From: Klebsormidium nitens
Lineage: Eukaryota > Plantae > Klebsormidiophyceae
Direction: 5' to 3'
Assembly (NCBI GenBank): GCA_000708835.1
Contig: DF237374.1
Location: 15,553 to 79,552, forward strand
DNA length: 64,000 bases
A program made the translations under genes and the position numbers. Of the stretch, positions 1 to 13,506 are shown in pieces. Each line of letters starts with the position of its first letter. Position 1 is the first letter of the stretch. The notes below the pieces were generated by a model. That model saw only the letters and a list, made by a program, of their open reading frames with translations, did not search any database and was not told the origin of the DNA.

Positions 1-30
1 TTGTGAGTCTCGGACCCCCATCTTCTGCAG

Positions 31-2086
31 CACGAGCGCGCTGGAAGCCTTCATCTCGGAGCGCGCGATCTTCGTCAGCGAGGGTGCCGGCCGCTTCTAC
101 TCCCCGCTCGCGTTCTTCGTCCCCAAGGTCTCCCTCGATTGGCTGCTGCTGCGGATCCTGCCGTCGCTCATCTATGGCACGTGAGTCCGGGAAGATCCTC
201 GTCGTCCGGCCATTTCTCTTTCGTCTTTTAACTTCTCGATCGCGTTCTTCGTCCCCAAGGTCTCCCTCGACTGGCTGCTGCTGCGGAACCTGCCATGATC
301 CATCCCTCATTAATGGCACGTGAGTTCAGGAGAGTCTCCTTATCCTGCTCTAGATTGTTCAGTTAACTCCGCAATGTTCAGATGAACCCTAGTCTGAGCT
401 CCGCGAGATGTACTTAGCTCTGCTCTAAGCTCCGTGCTGATAATTGGGGTCTTCTTCGAATGCTGCCTCGGTCCCTCTTCCAAGTTCAATCTAGCAAAGC
501 CCTGCGAAGCTGTTAGGATTGTCCGTCGATCCTAACGAACCCGTTCTTCTTGATTTTCCAACCTTTTGTTCTCCATTGTACCGTCACTACAGGTCTGAGG
601 CGCTGCTCAAATACGAGGAGTCATGCTGAACCTTAGCTTTGAAGGTTCACTAATCCAGAACGAAGAACGTTTACTCAACCACTTGGCTTGCGCTTCATCT
701 ACTTCCATTGCATTTTTCACGAACTTGTCTTACTCATTGGATGCGCTTGTCCAGATCTTGGAAATCCCGGACGAATCATATGTTGCTCTTTACAGAATGA
801 ATCGGTCACGTACTACTTTCTTTCCTTTTTTTCTGGCTCCGCAAGCCTGCATGCCTGGAATATCCCTCTGAAACCTCGCCTAAACCCGATTTCCTGAATC
901 CTGTTTCTGCTCGCAGCATCCTCTACTTCATGATGGGCCTGCGCACCGACGGCGGCCGCTTCGGCGTCTTCCTCGCCGTCCTCTTCCTCGTCAGCGTGAC
1001 GTCATCCTCGCTGTGCGTCCTCGTCAGCCTGGCCGTGCCGTCCGTCGCGATCGCCAACGTCGTCGCTCTAGTTGCAATCCTCGTTTTCCTCTGCTTCGGG
1101 GGGTTCCTGGTGAACGGCGAAAGCATCCCCCCGGCGCTGAGGTGGCTGCCCAAAATATCATTCGTGACGTACGCATTTGAGGCGCTCATGATCAACGAGC
1201 TCCACGGGCTGACGTTCTCGTTCCGGACGGTGGGAATAGGCCCCGTCCTGTCGCTGAAAGGTGGGCGCTGACGTCACCCTCCCTGCTGTTGCTGTCCTGA
1301 TTATCAGAGTGACGCCCTCTATGTCTTTGAAGTCGTTCTTGGAAAAGCCGAATGATGTGAATGATGTGAGCAGCCGCGCATGTCTCTTTTCAACCTTTTC
1401 GGCCAAGCATGAAAGCATGAATCGGAGATTTCCCGTCGGCCTGTCATCTTTAAACCTTCTATAATTGTGTGCTTGATTGTCGGACTCTTTCCGCGTTCAC
1501 ATTCTGTTGAATTGGTGTTCTTTGCACCAACCTTCAAAGAGGCTCGGTCGCTTTTGTACAATACGTTTCCGCTGCGGTATCCCAAGTCCCCACCTTTCAG
1601 CTTTTTATGCACCGTCGAAGCACCTTGACGAATCAGGTGTGAATCATTAGGGAACATTGAAGAATTGAGCATCGTATATGGCCGCAACTGAGATGATGCT
1701 TGGCATTATATTTACGTTTCCCTCTGCGCGTCAGGCTTTCCGACCTGAGTCTCAGATTGTGTGTGCGGATGCTTATCGACATGCAAACGTGGCTGGCAAT
1801 ACTCAAAAACAAACGGGGCAGCAAACAACCGCAAGCTGACGAGCCACGGTCACTGCATTTTCTTCGACGCTCAACTGTGATGTTCGCGAATCATGTCAAT
1901 CAAACGAAGGGACTTTCTTGCTGCATTGCAGGGGATAGCTTTTTGGACCAGCTCGGTCTGAGCCGCAACACACTGGGCCGGGATCTGGGCATTCTGGCTG
2001 CGATGGCGGGCATTTACATCTGCGCTGCCTGCGTGCTACTGCACCTACGAGTCCGGGCCGGAAGGATGATGAGAATGCGCCCATAG
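31..2086 (+). CDS. ABCG: ABC transporter G family (half-size, ABC2 membrane domain), 3' part; exons 31-180, 917-1260, 1932-2086; 5' part lies upstream of the window
   Basis: Spliced translation ...AFISERAIFVSEGAGRFYSPLAFFVPKVSLDWLLLRILPSLIYGT/ILYFMMGLRTD...LCFGGFLVNGESIPPALRWLPKISFVTYAFEALMINEL...LKG/DSFLDQLGL...RMRP*. The ERAIF..E, FGGFLVN and YAFEALMINE motifs are typical of ABCG membrane domains. GT-AG junctions are phase-consistent. Confidence 0.85.
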
Positions 2087-4648
2087 GCGCGCTTTACGAG
2101 CCAGGAGTCGTAAACGATTCTCCGGAGCTGTATTTTAGGTTCGCATATGCACGCGCTCGAAGTAGGGTCTTGGTTGTCGAATGGTTAGTACCATGTCAGG
2201 AGATCTTGAGCTATGTACTTTGACTAGACAAATAGCAAGACAAATATGAAATGACTATTGGAATAGCTTTGTGGATGGGCGCAAGCTCCATTTAGTCCCA
2301 AATGGGGCACAATACTCGGACAGCGGCACTTCCGGATGGGAAAGCATTTGACCGGATATGGGCAACTTTGATAAATATCCGCCAGCACGAAAGGATTGTG
2401 GCGGATTGCTCACGTCTTCTTTGCAGCGCATGTATGGCCTCTTGATCGTCTCTTGTTCGTCAGACAGTTGCGCGCCTTTCCATGTATCTAGCTTAATGTC
2501 GCCAGATTTCGGCTAGCTCTAGAAATCCAAGGTTTGTCTTCTGTGGCGTAATGAGTTGAGGTTAGACGGTGTCGGGAATGCTCAACATGTACAGTCAAAG
2601 TGAGAAACCATGATGCCTATGTACTAAGCTACGTGCAATAGCGAAATCTTCTCTCAAAAACATACCTTTGAGAAGGACTTCGAGAATCACAACAACTTCC
2701 GAATTCAATGTCAGAGGTGCAAAACAGGGATTCGTACGGCACCTGTCTCATGCATGCATGGGCAGCATGCAGATGCACTCATGCGAATTTGAGGTTCGAT
2801 TGCGCCTTCTGACAGATTGAGATTGCTCAATTATGTGCAAGATTTCGGTTGCCCAAAATCTGGCACTTCGAATGCCGATGAATGGATATAGGTAACCAGA
2901 CTGTGAAGACAGACATGTAAAAGCCATGCATTTTACATAAAAGCTCCACAATTGAAAAGGGCAGGCACTGGCACACATGGATGGGTACGATACCGCAAAT
3001 AGTGCATGCAAGTTGGTCTCTCTTCTCTCAAAAATGTCGTTGCCAGTGCTGCACACTGAGTGCCAATCACAGTGCACACGCTGCGCAGCGTCCAGGCGGC
3101 CGCTCTCCAGGCACGTGACGGTAATCGAACCCAAGTACCGTACTCAGTACCCATACCCATGTGTGTTGGATGCTCAACGCCGTTCGATCGTCTTGTAATC
3201 TCTATCGGACGGTCCGGAAGAACTTCCTTATCCTTCGATACCGGGACAAATCGCCAAAGTCAACGACCGAACGGTACCAAGGGTACCGCCTCCTAATTAT
3301 TCTACCCGCACGAGTGTAGACACCGTAATCAGCATCCCTTGTTCTGAAGCCCTGGCCTAAGTTTTGGTGTGACGACGGTGATTAGTTTCTAAAGTTTCGA
3401 AACTAAATTTGCGCCTCCTGTAAAGCCGGCCCCGGCGTATTCGGTGTTAAAACCATCATTGTCAGTGACCGTGGTTAAATCGACCACAATTCGACGATGT
3501 CACTGCCGGCTGGGCACCAGCAGGGCTCCTCGAGTTGACCGTCGATGCCTTCACCGCCGGTTAGGCACAAGCTTTGTAACACGTATAGCGAAAATCAAGG
3601 AAAGTACCGGTAACCACATGGATCCCCGTGGTTAGACCGTAGATACCGGCGCCGAGTTTGCGAAAAACGACTTTTAGGCCTCAGAACTCAGAGTGCTTCT
3701 ACGACCGGTACGTCTCCTTACGAGCATCACAAATGCATTATTGACCCTCCGAGCCCCGACTCGTTCACTCGCGATGACGACAGAGCCCGCACGCGCGAAA
3801 TGCTTCTTCCATCGTTTTCACTGGTCGAAATAAGCCACGCGGGTTCATGTCAGAAATAAGGCAGGCGAAATGCCGGCCTTCTCACTTGGTGCGTCTTTGC
3901 TGCTGAAAGCCTCGGTCCGTATAATCGGATGGCTGAGATCGCCTGAAAGCACTCAGGAAATCCCATCGACGGTTTCAAAGCATGTCAGAGCTTGTCCCCC
4001 GGCCCAGTGCTCGGGTCGTCTTCTCTGTCAATGGCTGGACTATGCACAAAGGCGGGCTGATGATGCACACTCTGCTGGTATAGCCTATAGGTAGCTAGGT
4101 AGGGGTCCTAGGCTGCACGGCGAAGGGGCCAAAAACTTAGGATAACGACTTTCATGCACGAGCTTTGCATGAGAAAGTGGGCAGGCCGCAGTGGGCTTCG
4201 AAAGAGCCTTTGCAACAGGTGGCAGATAGGTATCCTACGCTTAGGATCTGGGCACAGGCTCTGCACAATCATGAGCGCCAAGCCACTCAGCTGACGCATG
4301 GTGCTGGTGAATTCTGGCCCTAGCTTCTAGCTACCGTAGTATCTATTCTGTTTTAAAGTGCTTGAAATTGAAGCGAACGCCCTCAACTCTTAGTGCGGAG
4401 GATGAAGCTGAAACGAACGAAGGTCCTGTTCTTGAAGGAATTGCAAGACCAAAGGTGGCACCACCAGAGCTTTCTGAAAGGGGCGCGCAAGGCGTTTTCT
4501 TGAGGTTGTCACGCGCGAGGTAAACTTATTTTCTGCTGGGTAAACTGCCTTTAGAAACGTGAAAAGAGGTGAATTTTGGGGGTGGCGAGAGCCCATTTTA
4601 AAATGCTGTTACGGAGGCCCGCCCACAATTTCCCCACCCCCGTCAGCC

Positions 4649-7600
4649 ATGAGGCATTCGTCCTCGCCCGCGCTTAACCCCCGCTTCGCGACCCGGAAAA
4701 CCAAGTCCAAGCTGCGCCGCCCCGTGTCACTGCCTCTCGCCGCCGCCATGACGGTGCGACTGCTCAAGGCCTCACATGGCCTCCACCTCTGCTCCCCAAA
4801 ATTCATTCTGTTAGCCCTAGTTATCATAACCACGGTCACCGTAACCTGCATGGAGGTGGCGCGCCTCCGGCCGCATTTCCACCCTGGCAGGGTGGGGCTC
4901 GCCGACAGGACCCAGCTTCTCGTGTTTGGGGGGGCGGCGAAGCAGGGAAAAGTGGGCACCGGCCAGAAAGTTCCGGGGGGGGCGCGAGAAACGATGAGCT
5001 GGGGGCGGACGATGGGGCCACGAGGGGGGGGGGAGAAGAAACACCCCCCGATTAGGGAAATTGAGAATGCTGGGCTCGACGATTTCTGGGCAGCAGGGTT
5101 TGGGGATGCGGAAACAGAGCTCGAGGGGGGGGACGATCTCGTGGTGTCGGACGCTGGAAAATTTGCGCAGAAAGGGGGGGTGAGTGGCCAACTGCCGGAG
5201 GGGGGGGGCGAGCAGGACCAGTGGGAGAGGCTCGTGAGCACACCTGCGGTGGAGACGATCGAGGGGCGGGACGTGATTTGGCAGGTGAGCATGCTTCTGA
5301 ACCTTCGATGCAAAAACCCTTTGCTTTTGGTGCGTGAGGGGGCTTATGTGATTGTGAGCTATTTCATTATGCACAATGTTGGCCGTATCTTAGCAGGTGC
5401 CGATGTAGTTCCCACGACCACTTCCTTCTAGAATGGCAAGGTTCTGGTTTTTGCTGGCGTCATTGCACAATCATCACAGTTGGGGCACTCCGGTTTTTGC
5501 TTTCCCAGTTGACAGGCTTGGGGCGCCTTGTCCTGATGGTCGTGGGCTTCTGTAGAAGGGATCCCTCAGAGATCCAAGATCATGCACACAGGCTTGCTTC
5601 CTGGTGGGCAAATAATTGCTCAAGTTTTCAGGGGTTGACATGACGGCATTTCGTAAGTCAGCAGGTGGGATGTGTGTGTAATTTTGAGGTTGTTAGCTCG
5701 ATGGGCTCTAGCGCTGAATGGTTTGACCAGTGGGCTCGTAAAGCCTGTGCTAGCTGCAATTTTCCGTCGTTGCTGTGCGTTGCTTCAGCTGGAAAGAGAA
5801 GGCAAGGAAGCCCAGGAGTTCTGACTGCAGCCCAGAACGTTATTAGCCTCTAATCATAATTGAGCATTTCCTCGCTGGATAGAAATGTTTGGGCACATTT
5901 GCATACATCGTCCAGCGTAGGGCATTTTTCCGCAGCTGAAGTCAGCGACACACAATCGCATTTGACGAAGAAGAGCTGAACAATCAAACAAGCGGCTGGC
6001 AATGTGATCGTCGGGCGTTCAACGCCAGGGGCATTTGAGTGGCCTTTGTTTGATATGTTGGCACACCACAGCCAAAGACAATCTCAGCTCAACCTCACAC
6101 CTTTTGATTGAAATACCTGCGCGCTAGTGAGGTTTTGGGAGCTCAGTTCAAATTGTCACTGTAAGAAGCGTCAGCGAGTGCACCAGCGAGTTTGAGTAGA
6201 TCTACTAGTAAGGGCAACGTTTCAAGCCACTTCTGATATAGCAGAGCAAGCTGCACTCCACATGTCAATCTCAGTTGCTACCTTTGTTGCTCAAACAGAG
6301 TGTTGCAAATCATGCGACCACTGTTTTAATGAAGCATTATGCACAGAGAAGACGTTGTCATTTACAGCTTGAACAGGTCAAATATGGGGCACTAGCTGTG
6401 GCAAGGTGGCCAGCTGTCGCAATACACTACAGGTTCTCAAATCAACCGGAACATACCATTCACAGAGCCCACTAAACTTCACCATTTCAAATGTCAGCTG
6501 GGCTGGAAATCTTCTAGGGTCAACTGTTGCAAAGTAATCATTTCAAATCTTCTCCCACCATCATCCACTTCCTCTCGCTTCCCAACTTTTCTTTATTCCG
6601 TTTCTTTTGTGATCTTCAGATTTCAAATCTCAGATCTCTTGAGGAAAACCAGAGGAAGCTGTTTGTTATGATAACCGTGACTCAGAGCAGCACAGAGGAC
6701 AGTACTTGTGGGTGCAGAAAGATGACGTGATGTGTGATGTCGTTCCCTCCAGGTGCCTCCTGGGGAGCCCACAAGAGTGATCCTTCTCGCGCAAGGAAGG
6801 AACGAGCAAGCGGATTCTTGGTGGCTGCAATCTAGCACGTGCCCCGAGTGTTCTGGGTGAGGTTCCGAGCTTTTGTGGTTTAGGGGGTAACAGGATCTGG
6901 AGATTGAAATGTCAACGTTTGTTTGGTTCTCCTGTAATGGCAAGGTTGATCAACGACAGTGTTTTGACAGCTGGCAACTCATGGCGTTCATTGTGGTCTT
7001 CTAGATTCTATAGTTCGTTAAGGAGGTGATAAGAGCAAAGATAAAAATGCAAAAATATGATGAGCCTCGATCAAACCCATCATACTTAACCCGGAGATTG
7101 ACCAGCACCCATATCCATCCTACTTCCCCAACTAACCCTTTCCACCCCATAGCGATGACCTTATAATTATATTTACTCATGCATTTGTCCTTCGAACTTG
7201 GACCCCAATTCTGTGGGCAGAGTGGTATCGTTTTCAGGTTGAGATACAGCCAGGTCGAGCTAGGTCGGAGCCCGTAGGACAAGTCGGGTTACTTTAGGGG
7301 TTAAGACTTGACCTGAAATCGTAACGGAATTCGTGCAGGTCTCCACCTGCGGTCGGCATCACGGAAGCTGCGCTGCGGCACAGCTACGTAGTCCTTACGA
7401 TCGACAACGGGGCTTGACAATTGAGAATCTTGGATACGAAAAAGCATACAAATATCCAACACAGATATCTGAGTTTCTGTATAGGTCCCCTCCTGCCGTT
7501 GGCATCACGGAAGCTGCGCTCCGACACGGTTACGTAGTCGTGACGATCGACAACGGGCGCTGGAGCCGGGAGATCCCGTACAACGACAAGGAGCTGACGT

Positions 7601-10600
7601 GGGACAACCGGTGGCCGCTGTACAAGAACGCTGACGTCAGCGTGGTGGCGGCGGTGCTCGAGGAGTGGCGGGCGCGCGAGGTGAGCTGGGGGGAGCGCTT
7701 ATGTGCGTCTGCTTATGTCTTTCGGAATGAGTGCCAAAGGGCCCCTGGCTATCATAGGTACTCTTAGAGTACGGAAAAGTATCGGGCTCCCTTTTGGGCT
7801 CCTCGAAATTGCTTCAGGGTTTCTTTGCGATCGGGAGTCCGTGAACAAGGCTGTCAAGCCTTCAAGCATTCTTCAGCAAAAGTGAGCATATTTGAGCCTG
7901 AGTATGACGGATCCTACCCACGGATGGCTTCTTAACGGGGAAGAACTGGGCAGCGAAACGTGCAAGGAAGGGGAGCTAAAGAGATCTGTTGGTTGCTTTT
8001 TGTAACCGGCTAAACGAAAGATGGCAATCGGCTGCGAAGTAATCGGAGAGAGGTCGGATTACCCATGTTAGAATGGCACGGGGCCCATAAGCAATCCGAG
8101 GGATCCCTTTGATGTGCGGTCAATGGCAAAGTGAATGTTGGGGCCCGGGAGCCAGCAGAGGAAGGAATAGCTGCATCAAGTTCAGCGGAAGTTGTTGTTA
8201 AGAGGGGCGGCAAGCACACAGAAGGCTCTGCCTTGGTCCTAGCAGCCGTCGAAAGCACTGGCTGCTCCCTTTTGTCAAGTGCCATCTGTAACGGTTTGCG
8301 GGGGTTCCTGAGACCTTGAACGATTCTACAATGCATAGCTAGATTTCATTTGGAGTGCGGGCGTCGGTTGATGGTTCGCGGGCGCTTGAGCAGTCGTTCA
8401 CTCCCATGGAAGGACCCAGCATCCGCTAAGCGGCGAAGCTGGATATTCGCATAGGGCACGATGAACGGTCTATCGACCTGTACTGGCCTATGTGCTTTCT
8501 TTCGATCCTTTGTTTCAATGATCCACAGAAATAAGGTTGCGTTTCCCTACCCACTTCATCAGGTAGAGCCTTCGTCGATCTACGTCTTAGCTCATGTCAT
8601 CGACAGTGCTCTTACTTAAGCACGTTGATGTAGCTTAGTGCCGCTCGTTGACCCCGCGCCTCCTCTGCAGGGCTTGAGCGCACTTCCCCTCGTCTGCCTC
8701 GGCTTCTCTGGGGGCGCCCGCTTATGCTCGGTGAGCGTCCAACCACACCCTGCCACGTGGTCGACCTGTTTTTGAGCTGTTGGCCTTCTTGGATCGTCGC
8801 AGCTTGATGCAAGCTAGGAAGCAGGTTGCATGTTGCTTGTTTGTCATTCCGCAGCCGGGAGGTTTTTGACAGAGTTCGGTTCCTTCTCTCAACCAAAGGG
8901 CATGTGGATCTTCTAACCTTTCAGCAATGCATCCGACGGTGTTCGGCCGAAACAGTAGGTTTCGATCCGCCCACGTCAAAGCTGACAGTGGTTTTGGCCC
9001 ACGCTCAGTAGCTATTCAACTTATCCGAAGGTCGGATGTCTGCAAGGCTGACGATCTCCCTCATACCCTTTTCCATTTTAAACTAATGACCCTGACACGT
9101 GGCGTGCAGATGTTGAGCCACGCGGCGCCCGTCGCGGCGCAGGCGCTGTACATGCACCCCGGAAACGGCAAGGCGATCACTTCGCACCCGCGCGCCGACG
9201 GCACCCCCTACCCGCCCTCGTTGTTTGTTCACAGTGAGTCACTGAAACTTTTGCTAACGCGGCCAATGCTTCTTTTCGGATCTTGGGGTTTAAGGTGAAA
9301 AGGAGATTCTCGCGCTGACGTGTCCGTTATGTTGGTTCGGGGAGTGGTTCGCAGTGAATGGCCGAAGCTTATTGCTGAGATGCCCAAGTTTCTCTCTGTA
9401 CGATTCCGGACCGTTGGCTCGTTTCTGCGGTGAAGAGGAGCTTTTTGTGAGACCGTGTGGATCGTGTTGGTTTGGTGAGAACTTTGAGCTGTATCTGGGC
9501 CCCTCTTGTTGAAGTGGGCGGGTAGCTCAACGCGTGATTAGCCAGAGGGGAAGGCAAAGGTCAAGCGGAGAAATGGTGCACGGGGTCAAGCACCTCATGG
9601 AGAAGTTTTTAATTCCCTGAAAAGCGCCTGCAAAGCTGGAAGTTTTTTGTTCTTCGCTTTTGACGAAATCGGAAGCTCCTTCAGGAGTGATCCTGTCATG
9701 TTCGTTGGTTTCGAAAGTTGGATTCCGGTAGCTAGCTACACAAGCATTTGGTTCCCTGTGTTTTGATCCTGTAGTAATCTTTATATCCTGAAATCTTGGA
9801 ACGTGAAATCCCTAGAATAGTAAGTACTACAATCTTGACACCAAATCTGAAAACCTGCAATTTTGACAATTTTGAATCTTTGCAGTGCCCCGCCACCACG
9901 AGCTCAACTCCCTGCTGAAGCACTCCATGGAGTCGCTGACGTCACGTGACGTCACGGTCGGTTTGCTGGAGGTGTACCCGACTCGCGTCACTACGGAGTG
10001 GCTGTCCGAACACATGGGCAGGCACCTGACGGCAGCCGACATCGAAAAGGTGGGCTCTCAGCTGTTTCCGGGTTGCGCACTTTTCGCATTTCTCGGATTT
10101 CGGACCCCTTAACTTCGCAACCAAGATGTTGCACGGCCAGTCTGCAATTCATTATGCGCGAGATTTGCGGAAATCGACGATATACTGGATTCTCGGCCTT
10201 TGTAGTGACTATCGAACCATCCGTCGAAAACAACATCTTGGGTGCGAGATTAAGGGCCCCGAGAATCTTTCACGATCCTAGATATGCTTGGGGTTACATG
10301 GGCAAGGGGCCTCACGTTAGCCGGGCTTGTGAGTCTTTGCCTCGATTTTCAGAAGGGATTCAATAAATGAAAAGAAGGAGGGGAAGGGAAGAAGAAGAGA
10401 CGAAATAGGAAACTTAAAAAGGAATTAGGGCATTGCTTGAGGAGTTGGGACACCTGATATCAACCGAAAGTGGCAGGCTGGTTTTTGACTGTAAGCAGCG
10501 TATTGTCATGCACAGAGTGTCAGTCCTTGTCGCTTTCTGCGACACTCTGTCAGTGCAGCTACAGATAGGGATCTAGACATACTGCCGAGAACACTGTAGC

Positions 10601-12373
10601 ATCATGCTTTATGCTCAGAGAACAGTCGTGTTGATCGATGTCATGATGATCGGTACCTCTCTTGCAGTTGCACAACGCGCTGAAAGCACAAGGTTGGCTG
10701 GACGAGGACGAGTTTATGAATTGTCCAAACGCGTTGCTCAGGTAAGTTCTTCCTAGAAGCGATTCTTTTGGATCTGCGTTTGTCCGGCCGATCGGCTTAT
10801 GCTCTTTATGAGTCTGATTATGGTCGCTCTTGAGGAGCCAATATACCTACGCGTTACTCTTCCTTCGACGAGTTTCTGCAAGACTTACTCCTTTCTGAGA
10901 GCTAGAAAGCCGGGACACCTTGACGCTGGTTTTCCAAATACGGAAAAGAGGTGTCACTGTTTACTGAATGAAAGGTCCCTTCCAGCCTGTCAGCCTTGCA
11001 AGCCTGTCAAAAGCATACACGTTCCACTTTGCTCGTGGAAGCTCGTCGAACTTCGTTTCGCCACCAACGACGTCTTTTATTAAAGGAAAGGCAAAAGTGT
11101 TCACACTCTCTCGCTGCATAGTGTAAGAAGGCTCTTGATAACTTCCTTTCGAGCTCTCGAAGCAGAGACGTTTCTTGCGAATGGTTTAAGAGACGAACTA
11201 TACGGAAAGGCCGTTCCCAGCACCCCTTCTTCGTTCCAGCAGATGCCGGGGTACGAAAAAGTGTTCAAGGGGCCGGATTTGGACGATTCCGCAGGGCGAC
11301 GTAGTGAAGACGAACTTACAGGGAACGGTCGCCGTTAGGGTATTCAAAGTTCTTCCAGGGGACGACCTTGAACATTCCGCAGGGCGACCAATTAGAGACT
11401 AACCTCTAGTGAAGGGTCGCCATTCAAGTGATGCTCAGCGCCCCTCCCTTTCTTCCCTGCAGAAAGCCGGGGTACGAGAAGTTGTTCAAGGGGGCGGAGT
11501 TAAAACAATCTCGCAGGGCGGCAGAATGAAGAAGGACTCCTTTTCGAAGGTCGTTTAGGCTGGTTTTGATCGCCCCTCCTTTTCCTCTTCGTGCAGAAAG
11601 CCGGGGTACGAAAAGTTGTTCAAGGGGGCGGAGTTGGAGGTCACGTGGGAAGCGGCCAATCACCTGCAACGAGTCCTGCGACAAGCGTATGGTAAGAGCG
11701 CGCTCTTATGTTCGCTGCGGATAGCTTATGAGCAAGTTGCTTGCCAAACGGGAGCTGTCATGTTCAGAGTTGGATCGCCAAACGAATTTTGTCATTTTTC
11801 CAAATCGGAATCCGCCTATAAGTATGATAGTGGGGGGACTCTTTATGTGGAGAATGTGGGCTACCCATGAGCGCAATCCCGACAAACCTCCAAAGCCAAA
11901 CCCTCTCATCGGCTTGCCGTTCTTGAAAGATGATTTGGACTCTGACATAGGGGTTGGATTGACAGACTTTGCAGTTGAACTTGTTTGCAGTAGGAGGCAA
12001 GAGGTCAGAAGCTCACAGCTTGCTCATGGATTTAGCGGTCCTTGCGACTAGTGGGCTCTTTTGTGAGCGATTGTGGCAGGTCATTCAAAATGCCCCCAGC
12101 ATCTCGCGTCAGACAGTTTCCCAATCCGTTTCCTTGTTGGATCTGCCAACGCAGTGCCTCCTAGTCAATCGCCGTATCTCCTGACCGCCACGTGTCATCT
12201 CCGCAGCGCTCCACGAGGTCTCCTCAGACCGCGTGTCCGAAGTTCTGGACTGGCTCGGAGACGTGTGCCGCCTTCCGGACGGGATGCGGACGGGGGAGCG
12301 GTGCACCGAGTTGGTTAACGAAATCCCGGTTAACGCTCACCGGTTGGTTTACAAGCACGAGCCCCCGTGCTAG
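4649..12373 (+). CDS. Uncharacterised plant-type alpha/beta-hydrolase-fold type II membrane protein; exons ~4649-5284, 6753-6856, 7485-7680, 8671-8730, 9110-9233, 9886-10049, 10668-10741, ~11599-11691, 12207-12373
   Basis: N-terminal hydrophobic anchor (FILLALVIITTVTVTCM) and low-complexity stem, then VIWQ/VPPGEPTRVILLAQG...TCPECSG/SPPAVGITEAALRHGYVVVTI.../GLSALPLVCLGFSGG (GxSxG elbow)/...YPPSLFVH/MP.../ALHEVSS...LDW. All junctions are GT-AG and phase-compatible. Family assignment is from recalled similarity to plant proteins with WQIP..CP.C.GLPEE..LGASSGG motifs. Confidence 0.72.
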
Positions 12374-13506
12374 TGAGCCCGGGGGAACGGCCCAGCAGAG
12401 TTAGCAAAGCCCTGCGTGGTCAGGGTTAGCTTAACCCTACTTGGGCGGTAAGGCATTCCTTGCAGAGACGCGCTCTGCGGGTTACAGAGCGATGGACCGG
12501 GGGTTAACGGTGTAAGCCGGGTGACGTGTCCAGTTCCTGTGCTTTCAGGAAGGCTGGGTTAGGTCGCACTTAAAGTCGTCTAATTATACAAGTTGGTGCA
12601 CAGAGTGTTGATGAGAAAGTCGTCGTCCGTTGCTTGTCGACCTGCCAGATGCAGCCTTTGGCTCTCAGCTATGACGGAAGCATGACGCATGCGTCCTGGC
12701 TTAGGAGCTTCCGGGGCTCGATGAGCACACCGGTTCCAGGAACATAGGTAGCCCTGGTTGATCGCGCATAAAGCACCGGTGACTCTGGTATAGGCAGTCC
12801 CGAACGCGGAGTCTTAGAAACGTCAAACTGTTTGGCGTCCATATGGATCGACCGTGGTTGTATATTCAGAACGTTTCATACCTGGGAGACGTTCAAGCTC
12901 TGACTAGGTCGTTGTTTGTTGATCGGGCCTAGGCGGCCGCCACCACACGTGCAAGTCATGCATGAAACTGTCTAGTGCAGTGACCGTCGCGTTTTCATGC
13001 AATGATGGCTCCGATGACTAATCAGCTGTAACTTGCCTGGTGCAGCCGAACTATATACGCCGGCGGCCACGCTTCCTTAAGCCATTGAATCATGGATGTA
13101 TGGTCGCGCAAGCCTGCGTCGGGCCACGGTGTTACGCATTAGTACCTTTGCATTATCCGGATTGCATCTTATAATAGACGATTATCCGGATATCGATCAT
13201 TTTAAATTAAAGACAAAAAGGTGAAGGAATATTTGCGTAGCCTCTTCACTCTCGTTTGTCATGCGACGTAGTACGTCTCGATGCATTTGACCGGGTTGCT
13301 CAATCGTCGCGCACATTTCTGGCGAGCCAGCTTGCCATGCGGCGGGCGGGATGCAGGCATGGGCCCCCGCGGCTTTGCCTGAGGCGCGGCGCTGTGCAGT
13401 ACAATCTGCCACGTAAAGTCGGTCTAGGTGCGAGATCCTTACACCACATGCTGCAACATGTGATCGCGGGCACTTAGCCCCTTCGAGTATAATACTCTAT
13501 TAGAGT

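Noticed and set aside
2100-4600. Intergenic region searched for TE remnants or small genes
   Set aside because: Only short ORFs without motifs and no clear TIR/TSD or LTR structure
4609-5374. Long minus-strand ORFs (234 aa and 185 aa)
   Set aside because: Antisense shadows of the GC-rich first exon of the hydrolase-like gene
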